Positions 30,392 through 40,348 of a stretch of DNA of 64,000 bases are shown piece after piece (position 1 is the first letter of the stretch; every line of letters starts with the position of its first letter). This stretch comes from Candidatus Poribacteria bacterium (GTDB lineage Bacteria; Poribacteria; WGA-4E; JAJDTR01). The stretch is from positions 2,944,001 through 3,008,000 of the forward strand of contig CBDCTK010000002.1 of the NCBI GenBank assembly GCA_965222225.1. Direction: 5' to 3'. The translations under genes and the position numbers were made by a program. The notes below the pieces were generated by a model. The model had not been told where the DNA came from and ran no database searches. It saw only the letters and a program-made list of their open reading frames with translations.

Positions 30392-31387
30392 ATGGCTAGC
30401 GCAGAACAACTCAAAGCGTTACTGCAGTCGCACTTGGACAGCGACGATGAGCGTTTCTTCTCGGTTGCCATGCAGGTCGCTGCCCATGAAGCAAGACTGG
30501 GACACGGAAAACTCGCCAAAGATTTGCGAGCGATGATTGATGCGGCCAAGAGTCTACCCACCTCCGGACCATCTTTGCCGGGAAGTCGTCCACGCGGCGA
30601 ATTAGGGAATCTCCTAGAGGTATCCTACCCGAAGACCCGACTGGGAGACATGATCCTTGGCGTCTCTCTTAGAAATCAGATTCAGCGTGTCATCCGGGAA
30701 CAACGCCATGCGGATAAAATCTTAGAGCATGGATTGTCACCACGACGTAAACTGTTGTTCGTAGGTCCCCCCGGCACCGGCAAAACTCTAACCGCGTTTG
30801 TCATTGCGTCAGAACTAGGTATTCCCCTTCTACAGGTTCGGCTTGACGGGCTCATTACCAAATTCATGGGGGAAACTGCAGCCAAGCTACGGCAGGTGTT
30901 CGATTTTACGTACCGGACACGAGGCGTTTACCTATTTGACGAATTCGACGCTATTGGTTCACAGCGCGGACTGACTAACGATGTGGGTGAAATCCGTCGA
31001 GTGCTGAACAGCTTCCTGCAAATGATAGAACAGGACTGTTCTCATAGTCTCATCGTCGCCGCTACCAACCATGCCGAAATCCTTGATCGAGCGCTCTTCC
31101 GACGTTTTGACGATGTCCTGCACTACGAACTCCCGGACGAGGGGCAAATCACAAGTTTGTTGAAGACACGCTTAGCTCGCACCGCCACCAAAAGAGTCCG
31201 TTGGCGAAGTCTTGGTGACGATGGCTTGGGACTCAACTATGCGGAAGTGACACGGGCTGCAAACGAGGTGCTGAAAGAGGCACTGATTCAACAAACCTCA
31301 CAAATCGGCGAGACGGAGATTCGGGCGATGATTAATGAAAGGAAGAAAATTGCCGATAAGCTTAGCGCGGACAAATGCCGGGAATAG
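30392..31387 (+). CDS. ietA: AAA+ ATPase (IetA-like)
   Basis: GPPGTGKT, FDEFD, ATNH and LFRRFD; directly upstream of an S8 protease. Confidence 0.82.
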   Translation: MASAEQLKALLQSHLDSDDERFFSVAMQVAAHEARLGHGKLAKDLRAMIDAAKSLPTSGPSLPGSRPRGELGNLLEVSYPKTRLGDMILGVSLRNQIQRVIREQRHADKILEHGLSPRRKLLFVGPPGTGKTLTAFVIASELGIPLLQVRLDGLITKFMGETAAKLRQVFDFTYRTRGVYLFDEFDAIGSQRGLTNDVGEIRRVLNSFLQMIEQDCSHSLIVAATNHAEILDRALFRRFDDVLHYELPDEGQITSLLKTRLARTATKRVRWRSLGDDGLGLNYAEVTRAANEVLKEALIQQTSQIGETEIRAMINERKKIADKLSADKCRE

Positions 31388-31426
31388 GAACAGCATCCGC
31401 GGAAGCATCGAGTGACCGACAGAGAC

Positions 31427-33934
31427 ATGGCAAACGGAAATGACAAGAAGCATCGACACTTTATCCTCCACGCAACGGCGGCTACGGAGGCGTATCGTTC
31501 ACCGCCGCGAATCGTGGAGGATGAGGACGTTTCGGAGCGTGATCGAGTGCAGCACGCAGGGAGGCTACAGAGGCACATGAGTAGGGTGCGTGTGGTCGCG
31601 GACGCAGCCCGGCAGGCACAGCAAGAAGCCGGAATGGAGCCAGGTATTCAAATCAAATTCGAGAGTTTCCCCGGAATTGAGCTTGCCTTTGAAAAATTGG
31701 CACGAGAACATATGGGAATTGAACTGCTGAGTGTCCATGACGACCATACAAACGCGCCGTTTCGCGCCACTGTCTTCGTACCGGACGGTAAACTCAGTCA
31801 CTTTGAAAACCTTGTCCGCGACTATCTGGCGGAGAAGAAAGATAGTATGGGCCGCTCCCGTGATAACAGATTACTGATTGACACAATTCAAGAAATTCGG
31901 GCAGCAACCCTGCAGGAACTTTGGACAGACACTGACGATGTGTTTCCCACGGTTGACGAGGGACCGTTGTGGTGGGAAGTGTGGCTGCCCATTAGAGGGA
32001 ATCGATTAACAACCCTTCAGCGCTTTCATAGGTGTGCCGAAGCACAAGAAATGCAGGTGGCTCAAGGAGAACTTCCTTTTCCAGAGCGTACCGTGCTGTT
32101 GGTGCGAGCCTCGCTTGAGCAAATGCAAGGTTCCATGACCATCCTCAATAACATTGCTGAACTACGGCGTGCGAAAGAGACAGCGGAGTTCTTTGATGTC
32201 ATGCCAATTGATGAACAACGCGCGTGGGTGGACGATTTGCTGACCCGGACCCGGTATCCGTCTGAAGAAGAAAATGTACCTTATGTCTGCCTACTGGATA
32301 CAGGCGTTAATCGTGGTCACCCGTTACTTACCCCTGCTCTTGCTGCTGAGGATTTACATACGGTCGACCCCGCGTGGGGAGTTGATGACACCCACGGTCA
32401 TGGGACACAGATGGCAGGACTTGCACTTACGGGCGATTTGACAGAACTCCTCACGGGTAGCGATCCAGTGGAACTCAATCATCGTCTCGAGTCGGTGAAG
32501 TTGCTACAGCAGAATGGCGCAACTGGAGACGATCCCCATTATCATGGGCGCCTGACGATAGGAGCAGTGGCGCGTCCCGAAATTACCGATCCGCTACGCC
32601 GGCGTGTCTTCGGAATGGCTATCACAACCCGAGACAATCGCGACAGAGGGAAGCCGTCTGCATGGTCGGCTGTGCTTGATTTACTAGCGGCAGATGTCGA
32701 CGGAAATGGAGCGAATCCACGTCTGTTGATTGTATCTGCCGGGAACGTAGACGACTTGAATGCCTGGTCTCGCTATCCGCATAGCAACGACTCGGATGGA
32801 TTACACGACCCTGCTCAGGCTTGGAATGCCCTCACCGTCGGGGCATACACGAATCTCGTGCGAATCACTGACTCCGACGCAACTGGTTACACACCAATTG
32901 CTCCGGCCGGAGGACTCAGCCCGTACAGCACGACCTCACTGACATGGCAAAAACATTGGCCACTGAAGCCCGATGTCGTATTTGAAGGAGGCAATGTCGC
33001 AAAGGACTCCCTTAGCGCTTCTTGGATGCGTAGCCTAAGCCTTTTAACCACGGACCATGAATCTACAAGTCGGATTTTCACGACAGCCCGCGCTACGAGC
33101 GCTGCCACCGCGCTTGCTTCCCGGTTCGCTGCGCAAATAATGGCGGTTTATCCCAATCTGCGGCCTGAAACGTTACGGACCCTCATTGTACATTCGGCAG
33201 AATGGACGACCGGCATGAAGCGTACGTTCATGCCCGCACACGGCAACTGGTCAAAGAACGACTATCTGCGTCTCGTGCGGCGATGTGGGTTCGGCGTTCC
33301 CGACCTTGACCGCGCTCTTTGGACCGTTGCGAACTCTTTAACGATGGTCATTGAAGAAAGTTTGCAACCATTCAAACAAGGGATGAGCAGTGAAGCTGTA
33401 TTCCGTGATATGCATTTCCACCATCTGCCTTGGCCTATCGACATACTTGAGGGACTCGGAGAAACAGAGGTCGAAATGCGTGTCACGCTCTCCTATTTCA
33501 TTGAGCCCAACCCATCGCAAAGGGGAGTTAATTCACGTTACCGATATGGTTCTCACGGCCTTCGCTTTGATGTGAAGCGGCCGCTGGAAACGACTAGCAG
33601 CTTTCGTAGACGAGTTAATGCGGCCGCGGAAGCAGCGGATAACGGTAGCAGTCAGACTGATTACGATTCACCGTGGCTAATTGGAGTACAAGGGCGTCAT
33701 AGGGGATCGATTCACGGCGATATCTGGCGAGGCACCGCAGCAGATCTTGCGAGCCAAGGCGTTATTGCGGTCTATCCCGCGGCAGTATGGTGGAAATCAC
33801 GAACCAAACTTGAGCGATTCGATCAATCCGCAAGGTATTCTCTAGTCGTCAGCATCAGGTCACCAGAGGTCAAAGTGGATCTCTACGCTGCCGTCGCGAA
33901 TCAAGTCGCGCCAGAGATCCAAGTGGAAATCTAA
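31427..33934 (+). CDS. ietS: S8 subtilisin-like serine protease (IetS-like)
   Basis: LDTG, HGHGT, SAGN, KPDV and ATSAAT catalytic motifs; no signal peptide. Confidence 0.82.
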   Translation: MANGNDKKHRHFILHATAATEAYRSPPRIVEDEDVSERDRVQHAGRLQRHMSRVRVVADAARQAQQEAGMEPGIQIKFESFPGIELAFEKLAREHMGIELLSVHDDHTNAPFRATVFVPDGKLSHFENLVRDYLAEKKDSMGRSRDNRLLIDTIQEIRAATLQELWTDTDDVFPTVDEGPLWWEVWLPIRGNRLTTLQRFHRCAEAQEMQVAQGELPFPERTVLLVRASLEQMQGSMTILNNIAELRRAKETAEFFDVMPIDEQRAWVDDLLTRTRYPSEEENVPYVCLLDTGVNRGHPLLTPALAAEDLHTVDPAWGVDDTHGHGTQMAGLALTGDLTELLTGSDPVELNHRLESVKLLQQNGATGDDPHYHGRLTIGAVARPEITDPLRRRVFGMAITTRDNRDRGKPSAWSAVLDLLAADVDGNGANPRLLIVSAGNVDDLNAWSRYPHSNDSDGLHDPAQAWNALTVGAYTNLVRITDSDATGYTPIAPAGGLSPYSTTSLTWQKHWPLKPDVVFEGGNVAKDSLSASWMRSLSLLTTDHESTSRIFTTARATSAATALASRFAAQIMAVYPNLRPETLRTLIVHSAEWTTGMKRTFMPAHGNWSKNDYLRLVRRCGFGVPDLDRALWTVANSLTMVIEESLQPFKQGMSSEAVFRDMHFHHLPWPIDILEGLGETEVEMRVTLSYFIEPNPSQRGVNSRYRYGSHGLRFDVKRPLETTSSFRRRVNAAAEAADNGSSQTDYDSPWLIGVQGRHRGSIHGDIWRGTAADLASQGVIAVYPAAVWWKSRTKLERFDQSARYSLVVSIRSPEVKVDLYAAVANQVAPEIQVEI

Positions 33935-34085
33935 GATGGATTTCAGAATTGCCAATACTTCCACAAACAGTTTCGCCATCCCCTCCAGAAATGAGTGGAA
34001 GATCTAAGCAGCCTGCCTTCGACCTTCAAATATATTAGAAGTAAATGGTGCTGCTAAAGATTCGATCAAAAACAGGAGTCGCGTA

Positions 34086-35645
34086 ATGAAAACACACGGG
34101 GACACCGAGGCCACGGAGACACGGATTTCGACACTCCCAAATGTTCGGATTTCGGCGGAGAATTTCGGTCCTATCGTGAACGGCAGTATAGATCTGCGGC
34201 CCCTGACGGTGTTGGTTGGTCCCAGCAACACTGGCAAGACCTACTTCGCCACGCTCATTTACGCACTTCACAAGATTCTCCCCGACTTCTCGCTGCTTCC
34301 AGTTATGTATCAACACCTTTATCGTTTTGTGCAGGATTTGGGCAATTCCAAAACGGCAACGGCGGTCGCCTACCCGTGGGAAGCCGCGCTTCAAGATGTA
34401 GTCGAAAAACTTGAGACCAACGGGTGGCGGTTCATGTTCACGGACTTGCCCGAGCCCGTGCGCGAGCGATGGCAGACTGTTCTCAAGGACCACGAGTTGC
34501 TGGGCGAGGATTTGAAATCCGAACTGCAACGCTGTTTCGGCCTTCAGTTCGTTTCCGAGTTGGTGCGGCTGTCGACGAATTCAAACAGTGCTCAGCTTTC
34601 ATTGAATGTCAGTGAAGAATGTCAGTCCCTTTGGAATTTTGACATGAAAGTCTCGGCATCGGGTATTACTACAGATGGAGGACAAATCCAAGACATGGAG
34701 CTCTTCCCTGATGGCGGGGCTGTTCCCAACCGCTGGGGATACAGGAAATTTCGAGAGTTGACAAAAAAGACCGTCGAAGAATTCTTTGACGAATTCCTGT
34801 ATTCCGCCACTTGGAATGACAGACGAGGTGAATCGCATTACCTGCCCGCTGCGCGGAGCGGAATCATGCTGAGCCATCGCCTCATTTCAAGTTCCTTGTT
34901 GACAAACGCACCCCGCGCAGGACTGGACCCATTTCCGGAGATTCCGACGTTTTCAGGCGCGGTGGCGGATTTCCTGAAACAACTTATCCTTTACGAAGAG
35001 GAACGTACAGCCGACGATCTCATGAAAGACCTTGCCGATGTGCTTGAACGTGATGTGCTTGACGGGCAGATACGGGTCAACAGGGCTTCAGCGGGAGGGT
35101 ATCCGGATTTCGTGTATCAGCCACAGAAAACGAAGGAAATCATCCGCTTGGCTCGTGCGTCGTCCATGGTGACCGAACTGGCGCCCGTTGTGCTACTCCT
35201 CCGCAACGTCATTGCCCGCGGCGATATGCTCATCATTGATGAACCCGAGGCGCATCTTCATCCCGCAGCTCAAACCCAGATGGCGAAGGCTCTAGGGCGC
35301 TTAGTACGCGCCGGGGTGCGGGTGGTGGTTACAACGCACAGCGACTGGTTGCTTATGGAGATTGGAAACCTAATACGTGAGGGCGACCTGGAGGAAAAGA
35401 TTGGTGAGCCAATCAATGAGCAAGCCCTTCCAAGTTCGCTCCAGCCGAGCGACGTGGGAGTCTGGCTGTTCCGCGACGATGGGACTTCGTCGGCCTCGAA
35501 GGTGGAAGAAATCCCGTTTGACCGTATCGAAGGCGTGGAACCTAGGGAGTATGAAGATGTCGCTGAGACGCTTTACAACCGCTCAGCAGGCTTGCAGAAC
35601 CGACTCGCAGAAACCGTGAAAGAGGTCGGTTGCCGAGATGAATGA
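34086..35645 (+). CDS. ABC-type (AAA_15/AAA_21-like) ATPase
   Basis: ENFGPI, GPSNTGKT, YLPAARSG, IIDEPEAHLHP and TTHS. Confidence 0.85.
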   Translation: MKTHGDTEATETRISTLPNVRISAENFGPIVNGSIDLRPLTVLVGPSNTGKTYFATLIYALHKILPDFSLLPVMYQHLYRFVQDLGNSKTATAVAYPWEAALQDVVEKLETNGWRFMFTDLPEPVRERWQTVLKDHELLGEDLKSELQRCFGLQFVSELVRLSTNSNSAQLSLNVSEECQSLWNFDMKVSASGITTDGGQIQDMELFPDGGAVPNRWGYRKFRELTKKTVEEFFDEFLYSATWNDRRGESHYLPAARSGIMLSHRLISSSLLTNAPRAGLDPFPEIPTFSGAVADFLKQLILYEEERTADDLMKDLADVLERDVLDGQIRVNRASAGGYPDFVYQPQKTKEIIRLARASSMVTELAPVVLLLRNVIARGDMLIIDEPEAHLHPAAQTQMAKALGRLVRAGVRVVVTTHSDWLLMEIGNLIREGDLEEKIGEPINEQALPSSLQPSDVGVWLFRDDGTSSASKVEEIPFDRIEGVEPREYEDVAETLYNRSAGLQNRLAETVKEVGCRDE

Positions 35646-36117
35646 GATTCTTGAGAACATCAAGGAAAATGTGGGTGAAGAAAACTTAAGTGAGTCGTGC
35701 GAAGAAAATGACTGCATAGCTTCCTTAGAAGCTGTGCCTTTGCCTCGAGTCGTGGTAGATGCAAACAAGGCGTTCCCGGCTCATAAAATTGGAGGCAAAC
35801 GATGCGACTGCATTGTTTTTTTCATGAATGCTGCCGAAGACCGGTTAGTTACAGTCCCGATTGAACTCAAGGGAGGCAGTGTCGATGCATCGGAGGTGTT
35901 TGAGCAATTGCAACAGGGAGCGAGTTTCGCCGATCGCTTCGTACCGAGAAACCACAACTCTATCTGTTCTCCGATTCTGATCCATGGGCAGGGCATTCAC
36001 AAAAGTCAACAGAAGAAACTTAACCGCGCTAAAGTTCGATTTCGTGGGGCTGACTGCACCATAGAGAGAGATCGCTGTGATCGTCCTAGGAATCTGGCGA
36101 ATGCCCTGTCGAGGTGA
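35638..36117 (+). CDS. Small hypothetical protein, possible PD-(D/E)XK nuclease
   Basis: KRCDC...IELKGG...EQLQ; overlaps the ATPase stop. Confidence 0.55.
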   Translation: MNEILENIKENVGEENLSESCEENDCIASLEAVPLPRVVVDANKAFPAHKIGGKRCDCIVFFMNAAEDRLVTVPIELKGGSVDASEVFEQLQQGASFADRFVPRNHNSICSPILIHGQGIHKSQQKKLNRAKVRFRGADCTIERDRCDRPRNLANALSR

Positions 36118-36155
36118 CCTGTGGATTCAAACCGATGTCCAACTGTTCTGAGGCA

Positions 36156-36342
36156 GACTTCGTACATTTAAGTAATATAACAGACGATTTCAATCTAACG
36201 TTGAGGAAAAGCGGCGGAGATTTTAATTATCTGGTTTTCTTGGTTGACTATTGAAAAACTTGCGAACAGTTCCTGATACTATGCAACCTGTAAGATTTCT
36301 ATCGCCTTCACTACTCGTTCGGTTGATCCCGCTCTGGGGCTT
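36156..36342 (+). repeat. Second copy of the ~190-bp promoter + hairpin block
   Basis: Colinear with 17539-17762; hairpin element at 36292-36328. Confidence 0.8.
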
Positions 36343-36570
36343 TGGTGTGAGGTAGCTTAGAATTACTATACACCTTTCGTGCCGCTGGCGCTTTCAAAGG
36401 CTGGTGGGCAGTGCCCGCCCTACAGGAGTTGTAAGTTCTCTAAAATGACAGTACATCAATGGCGTGAGTTAAAGTCGCGATTCGGAGATCGCTCCTACAG
36501 ACAGGACGTGGAATGAAGGACCTATTTCCGATTTGAGGATTGCAGATTTTCTTTGGAGTGGAGGTTTTAA

Positions 36571-37965
36571 GTGGGTAACAGATACCTTGTGCTTGATACG
36601 CGCGTCACGGAGAGGGCGCAGAATGCAAAGCTGGTCGTTATGGCGGCGGAGAAGGATGCGCGCAACCCTCTCTTTGGCGAGGATAAGCCGTGGGAGCAGC
36701 GTTTCGACAATCTATACCCGAACGCGATGTATGACCGGCAGGAAGAGTTGTATAAATGCTGGTACAGCCCCTTCATCGCGGATCTATCCGCCAAGAGCAT
36801 CGGTTTGGCGGAGCGGCAGGCGAGGGAGTATAACCCTCCGAAGGGGCGTGAGATGGGGTTGTGCTACGCCACGTCCGAGGACGGGATTGTGTGGGATAAG
36901 CCGGAACTCGGACTTGTCGAATTTGAGGGGAGCACGAAGAATAACCTCGTCATCCGCACCGTGCACGGATCGGGCGTTCTGAAGGAACATCGCGAACAGG
37001 ATCCGGCGAAACGCTACAAGATACTCACCTCCTGCGGACGGAAGGGTTTGGGCGTCTCGTATTCGCCGGACGGGGTTACGTGGGAGCCGCCATCTTTGTG
37101 TCCGACGATTAATCCCTATCGGGTTGACGGCACGCATTATAATGTCCTGTGGGTCGAGGAGTTGGGGGAGTACGTCGGGTTTACGCGGATGCGCGACCCG
37201 TGCGACGATGGTCTCAAAGAGGTGATGGAGCGCCACGGCGCATGGCCGCCGCGGCAGGTGGGACGAACCACAAGCAAGGACTTCCTGAATTGGACGCAAG
37301 CCACGGCGGTCATGCAGGGAACGGACGAGAATCTACAGATATACTCCATGCCCGTCTTTCGCCACGGGAGCGTGTATCTCGGTCTGCCGGTCATCCATAA
37401 CCAACGGACGGATAGGGCTTGGACGGAGTTGGCGTGGAGCCCGGACACGGTTGAATGGCGTTTCGTGTGCCCCGGCTCGCCGCTCATACCAAACAGCGAT
37501 GAGATCGGCAGCTACGACTGGGGGTGCGCCTATTCGTCTGCCTATCCAATCGTTCTGGAGGACGAAATTCGTCTCTATTACGGCGCGAGCAACTGGCTGC
37601 ATTTCGGTTGGCGCGACGGGTTTTTCTGCTTGGCGCGGCTGCGCCCGGACGGGTTCGCGGGATACGAGCAGGTCTCCGCGAAGAGGCCCGCGGTTGTCAC
37701 ATCCAAGCCGATGGCAATCACGGGAAGTGAACTTCATCTGTGTGCGGATGTTTACGGCGTCGGCTCGGTGAAGGTGCGCTTGTTGAATAAAGCCGATGAA
37801 GGGGTGATTGCCGAGAGCCAGCCGATAGGTGAAACCGTAACCGACGGCGTTGTAACGTGGCAGAATAGCTTTTCATTCAGCTCCGTCAAGGGAGAAGATT
37901 TACGCATCGAGTTCAGCATGAACGGCGCGAAGTTGTATTCGTTCGGGTTTGATTTGAAACCGTGA
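36571..37965 (+). CDS. Five-bladed beta-propeller glycoside-hydrolase-like protein (GH32/GH43-like)
   Basis: YATSEDGIVWDKP, LAWSPD, RLYYG, ARLRPDGF and a C-terminal beta-sandwich. Confidence 0.7.
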   Translation: MGNRYLVLDTRVTERAQNAKLVVMAAEKDARNPLFGEDKPWEQRFDNLYPNAMYDRQEELYKCWYSPFIADLSAKSIGLAERQAREYNPPKGREMGLCYATSEDGIVWDKPELGLVEFEGSTKNNLVIRTVHGSGVLKEHREQDPAKRYKILTSCGRKGLGVSYSPDGVTWEPPSLCPTINPYRVDGTHYNVLWVEELGEYVGFTRMRDPCDDGLKEVMERHGAWPPRQVGRTTSKDFLNWTQATAVMQGTDENLQIYSMPVFRHGSVYLGLPVIHNQRTDRAWTELAWSPDTVEWRFVCPGSPLIPNSDEIGSYDWGCAYSSAYPIVLEDEIRLYYGASNWLHFGWRDGFFCLARLRPDGFAGYEQVSAKRPAVVTSKPMAITGSELHLCADVYGVGSVKVRLLNKADEGVIAESQPIGETVTDGVVTWQNSFSFSSVKGEDLRIEFSMNGAKLYSFGFDLKP

Positions 37966-38271
37966 AGTGAGTTTTGGTATTGTAGTTTATATTGCGGGGT
38001 GATTAGGGGGATAGGATTGGAAGGATGGAAGAGCGGAAGGGCGGAAGATTTCGTTTCATGCCGTCCTCGAAATGGAACGTTTAGAGCGTGTTAAGTTATG
38101 GATCAATTTATGGCCCTGTGTTGCTCCTACGGGGGAGAGGTCGCGATTCGGAGATCGCTCCTACAGAAGACGCGCAATAAAGTGTTGAAGTTTATATTGT
38201 GAAAAGGGGAAATTGTCATGTCGGCTAAACATCTCAATAACAGACGGAACAAAGGTAACGGAGGCTATCGG

Positions 38272-39141
38272 ATGCGAAACTACACCTTAAGCACAATTGC
38301 CATGCTCGGCATGGCGTTTAACCTACTCCTATCATTCTCGACGGCGCACGCTCAAGGGGTTGCCGATCCCGTGCTCTACTTTGACCCACTCGAAACCGAT
38401 CAGAAAGGAGGTGACAAAGTTTGGAGAAATGCGGGCACCGCCGGCGGAGAATTGGAGAGGACCGGCAGCCCGCGCTTGGAAGAGGGCGTCATCGAGATTA
38501 AATCTATCGGATTTAAACAAGATACCAAATGGTATACCGCGGATAAATCCGGTTCGACGTTCAGCAATGCGGCGCCAGGGGGTGATGTCCCTGTTGTCAA
38601 CCTTGAAGACTTCACGATGGGACTGCTAATGAGGATTAATGGCGGCTTAATCGCACAAGAGCACCATCTTGTCGGGCTGCAGGCGAACCCAAAAGAGCAG
38701 ATCCAAAATGTGCGGATCTGGCTAGACCAAAACGGCGGAGGTTTCGATAACGTTAGCATTGCCCAGGGCGCTATCGGTGCACGCGCCGATCTTAGGGTCG
38801 GTCAGACGCAGATGACTTTCGCGCAAGGCAAGTGGCACTGGACGCATCTGGTGTTTGAAAGCGGGGATAGTCTCACCGGTTACATCAATGGCGAGAAAGT
38901 TTCCGAGAGTCGGACGGGGGTGAAGTGGAGCGATAAGCATGATATGAACTTGCACGCCATCTTCGCTCATAGCCGGCCCGAGGCGGTCCGGACCTGAAAT
39001 TGTTCGATATCTATCTACCGGGTGTATGACCGGGCGCTCAGTTCTGCGGAAATTGAGCAAAATGTTCGAGGGTCGTTCGCGGTTGAGCCGACGGGGAAAT
39101 TGGCGACCACGTGGGGTACGCTGAAGAGCCAGTTTGAATAG
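38272..39141 (+). CDS. Secreted LamG/concanavalin-like protein with in-frame TGA (Sec or nonsense) and KLATTWG C-terminus
   Basis: Signal peptide and WHWTHLVF...YINGE. After TGA 38995-38997 the frame continues NCSISIYRVYDRALS...AVEPTGKLATTWGTLK. Confidence 0.75.
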
Positions 39142-39320
39142 TGATGGCAAGCCATATCGTAGTCGTTCTTGGCTTTTGTAGAGAATTACGATCGTTATTC
39201 TTTACAGCGAAATCGCCGAATTAGGCGGATTTGACGCACAAGAATTAGTTTCAAGGCAAACGAAGTTGTTGCAAATGGGTTTTAAACAGGCTCTAAACCG
39301 AACGAGGAGGTCCAACTTTC

Positions 39321-40010
39321 GTGATTAGCGTGGATGAAGCCAATGTCCGGTTGGCGGAAGAGGGCTACTGTGTGTTGGAAGGGTTATTGGATCCGGCGGA
39401 AGCGGATCGACTCGGCGAATTGTCGCGTCCCCGGATGAAGGCGCCCGAGCCGAATTTCTATCATCTGGGAGGTGCGCTCAACGACGTGCCTCAACTCGCG
39501 TCCCTGTGTCTGCATCCGACAATCCTTGAGATTGCGGAACATGAACTCGGCGAGGGGTTTATACTTGCCAACAACGTGGATGTCACACTGACCGAACCCG
39601 GAGCCCCGTCGCAGCCGTTGCATGCGGACGTTCCGTTGTCTTGGATGCCTCAACCGTGGCCCTCGTTTCCCACCGCATTACAGGTGTTCTGGATGCTTAC
39701 CGATTACACACCGGACAACGGAGCAACGGTTGTTGTGCCTTTCAGTCATCACGCGCGGCGGCCCCCGACGCGAGCCCACTATCCGCAGGAACTTCCGGTG
39801 CTCGGCAGCAAAGGATCCGCGTTCCTCATGCGCCCCGGTGTCTGGCACCGACGCGGTGAGAATACCAGCCAAGACCGACATCGAGGTACGGTCAACATCT
39901 TCTACCTGCCGCGGTACATCCACCGCCCCAAAGATACATGGCCTCTGGTGAAGCAAAGCGTCTACGAACGGCTGCCGGCGCGTTTACAAGAAATGACGAG
40001 TTCTGTCTGA
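39321..40010 (+). CDS. PhyH-family dioxygenase
   Basis: QPLHAD, DNGATVVVPFSH and WHRRG. Confidence 0.85.
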   Translation: MISVDEANVRLAEEGYCVLEGLLDPAEADRLGELSRPRMKAPEPNFYHLGGALNDVPQLASLCLHPTILEIAEHELGEGFILANNVDVTLTEPGAPSQPLHADVPLSWMPQPWPSFPTALQVFWMLTDYTPDNGATVVVPFSHHARRPPTRAHYPQELPVLGSKGSAFLMRPGVWHRRGENTSQDRHRGTVNIFYLPRYIHRPKDTWPLVKQSVYERLPARLQEMTSSV

Positions 40011-40088
40011 TATCAACAATCGAGAGTATGCTGCCGCGTCAATTCCATTTTGTTCGTTGCCACGTGGTAGAAGAGTTGCTATTGGATT

Positions 40089-40260
40089 TCTATAGTCATT
40101 GTGATTAAGAATTACACATATGGGATTCGCTCGGATCGGTTTGTAGTAGCACAATTTATTGCGCGTCTTCTGTAGGAGTGAGTTCTACTCGCGACAATGG
40201 GTCGCGATCGGGAGATCGCTCCTACAGAAATGTGAAATTCTTAGTTGTAATGACTATAGA
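40089..40260. mobile_element. MITE-like element with ~30-bp terminal inverted repeats enclosing REPs
   Basis: TCTATAGTCATTGTGATTAAGAATTACACA versus the reverse complement of 40231-40260, TCTATAGTCATTACAACTAAGAATTTCACA. Confidence 0.55.
40201..40226. repeat. REP-like palindrome, GTAGGAGCGATCTCCGAATCGCGAC family
   Basis: Other copies near 7617, 24354, 36474, 38140 and 50396; interrupted copies at 6056, 44402 and 56445. Confidence 0.8.
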
Positions 40261-40348
40261 GAAATAGTATACGCATCACTTTTCGAATTCATGATTGAAG
40301 AGGAATCACTATCGATCAGTCGTAACCTGTAACGAGGAGTTTTATTTG

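Noticed and set aside
38081-39296. Short IS5-like inverted ends (TTAGAGCGTGTT / AACAGGCTCTAA) around the LamG gene
   Set aside because: Only about 12 matching bases and no transposase, which is too weak to call a mobile unit.
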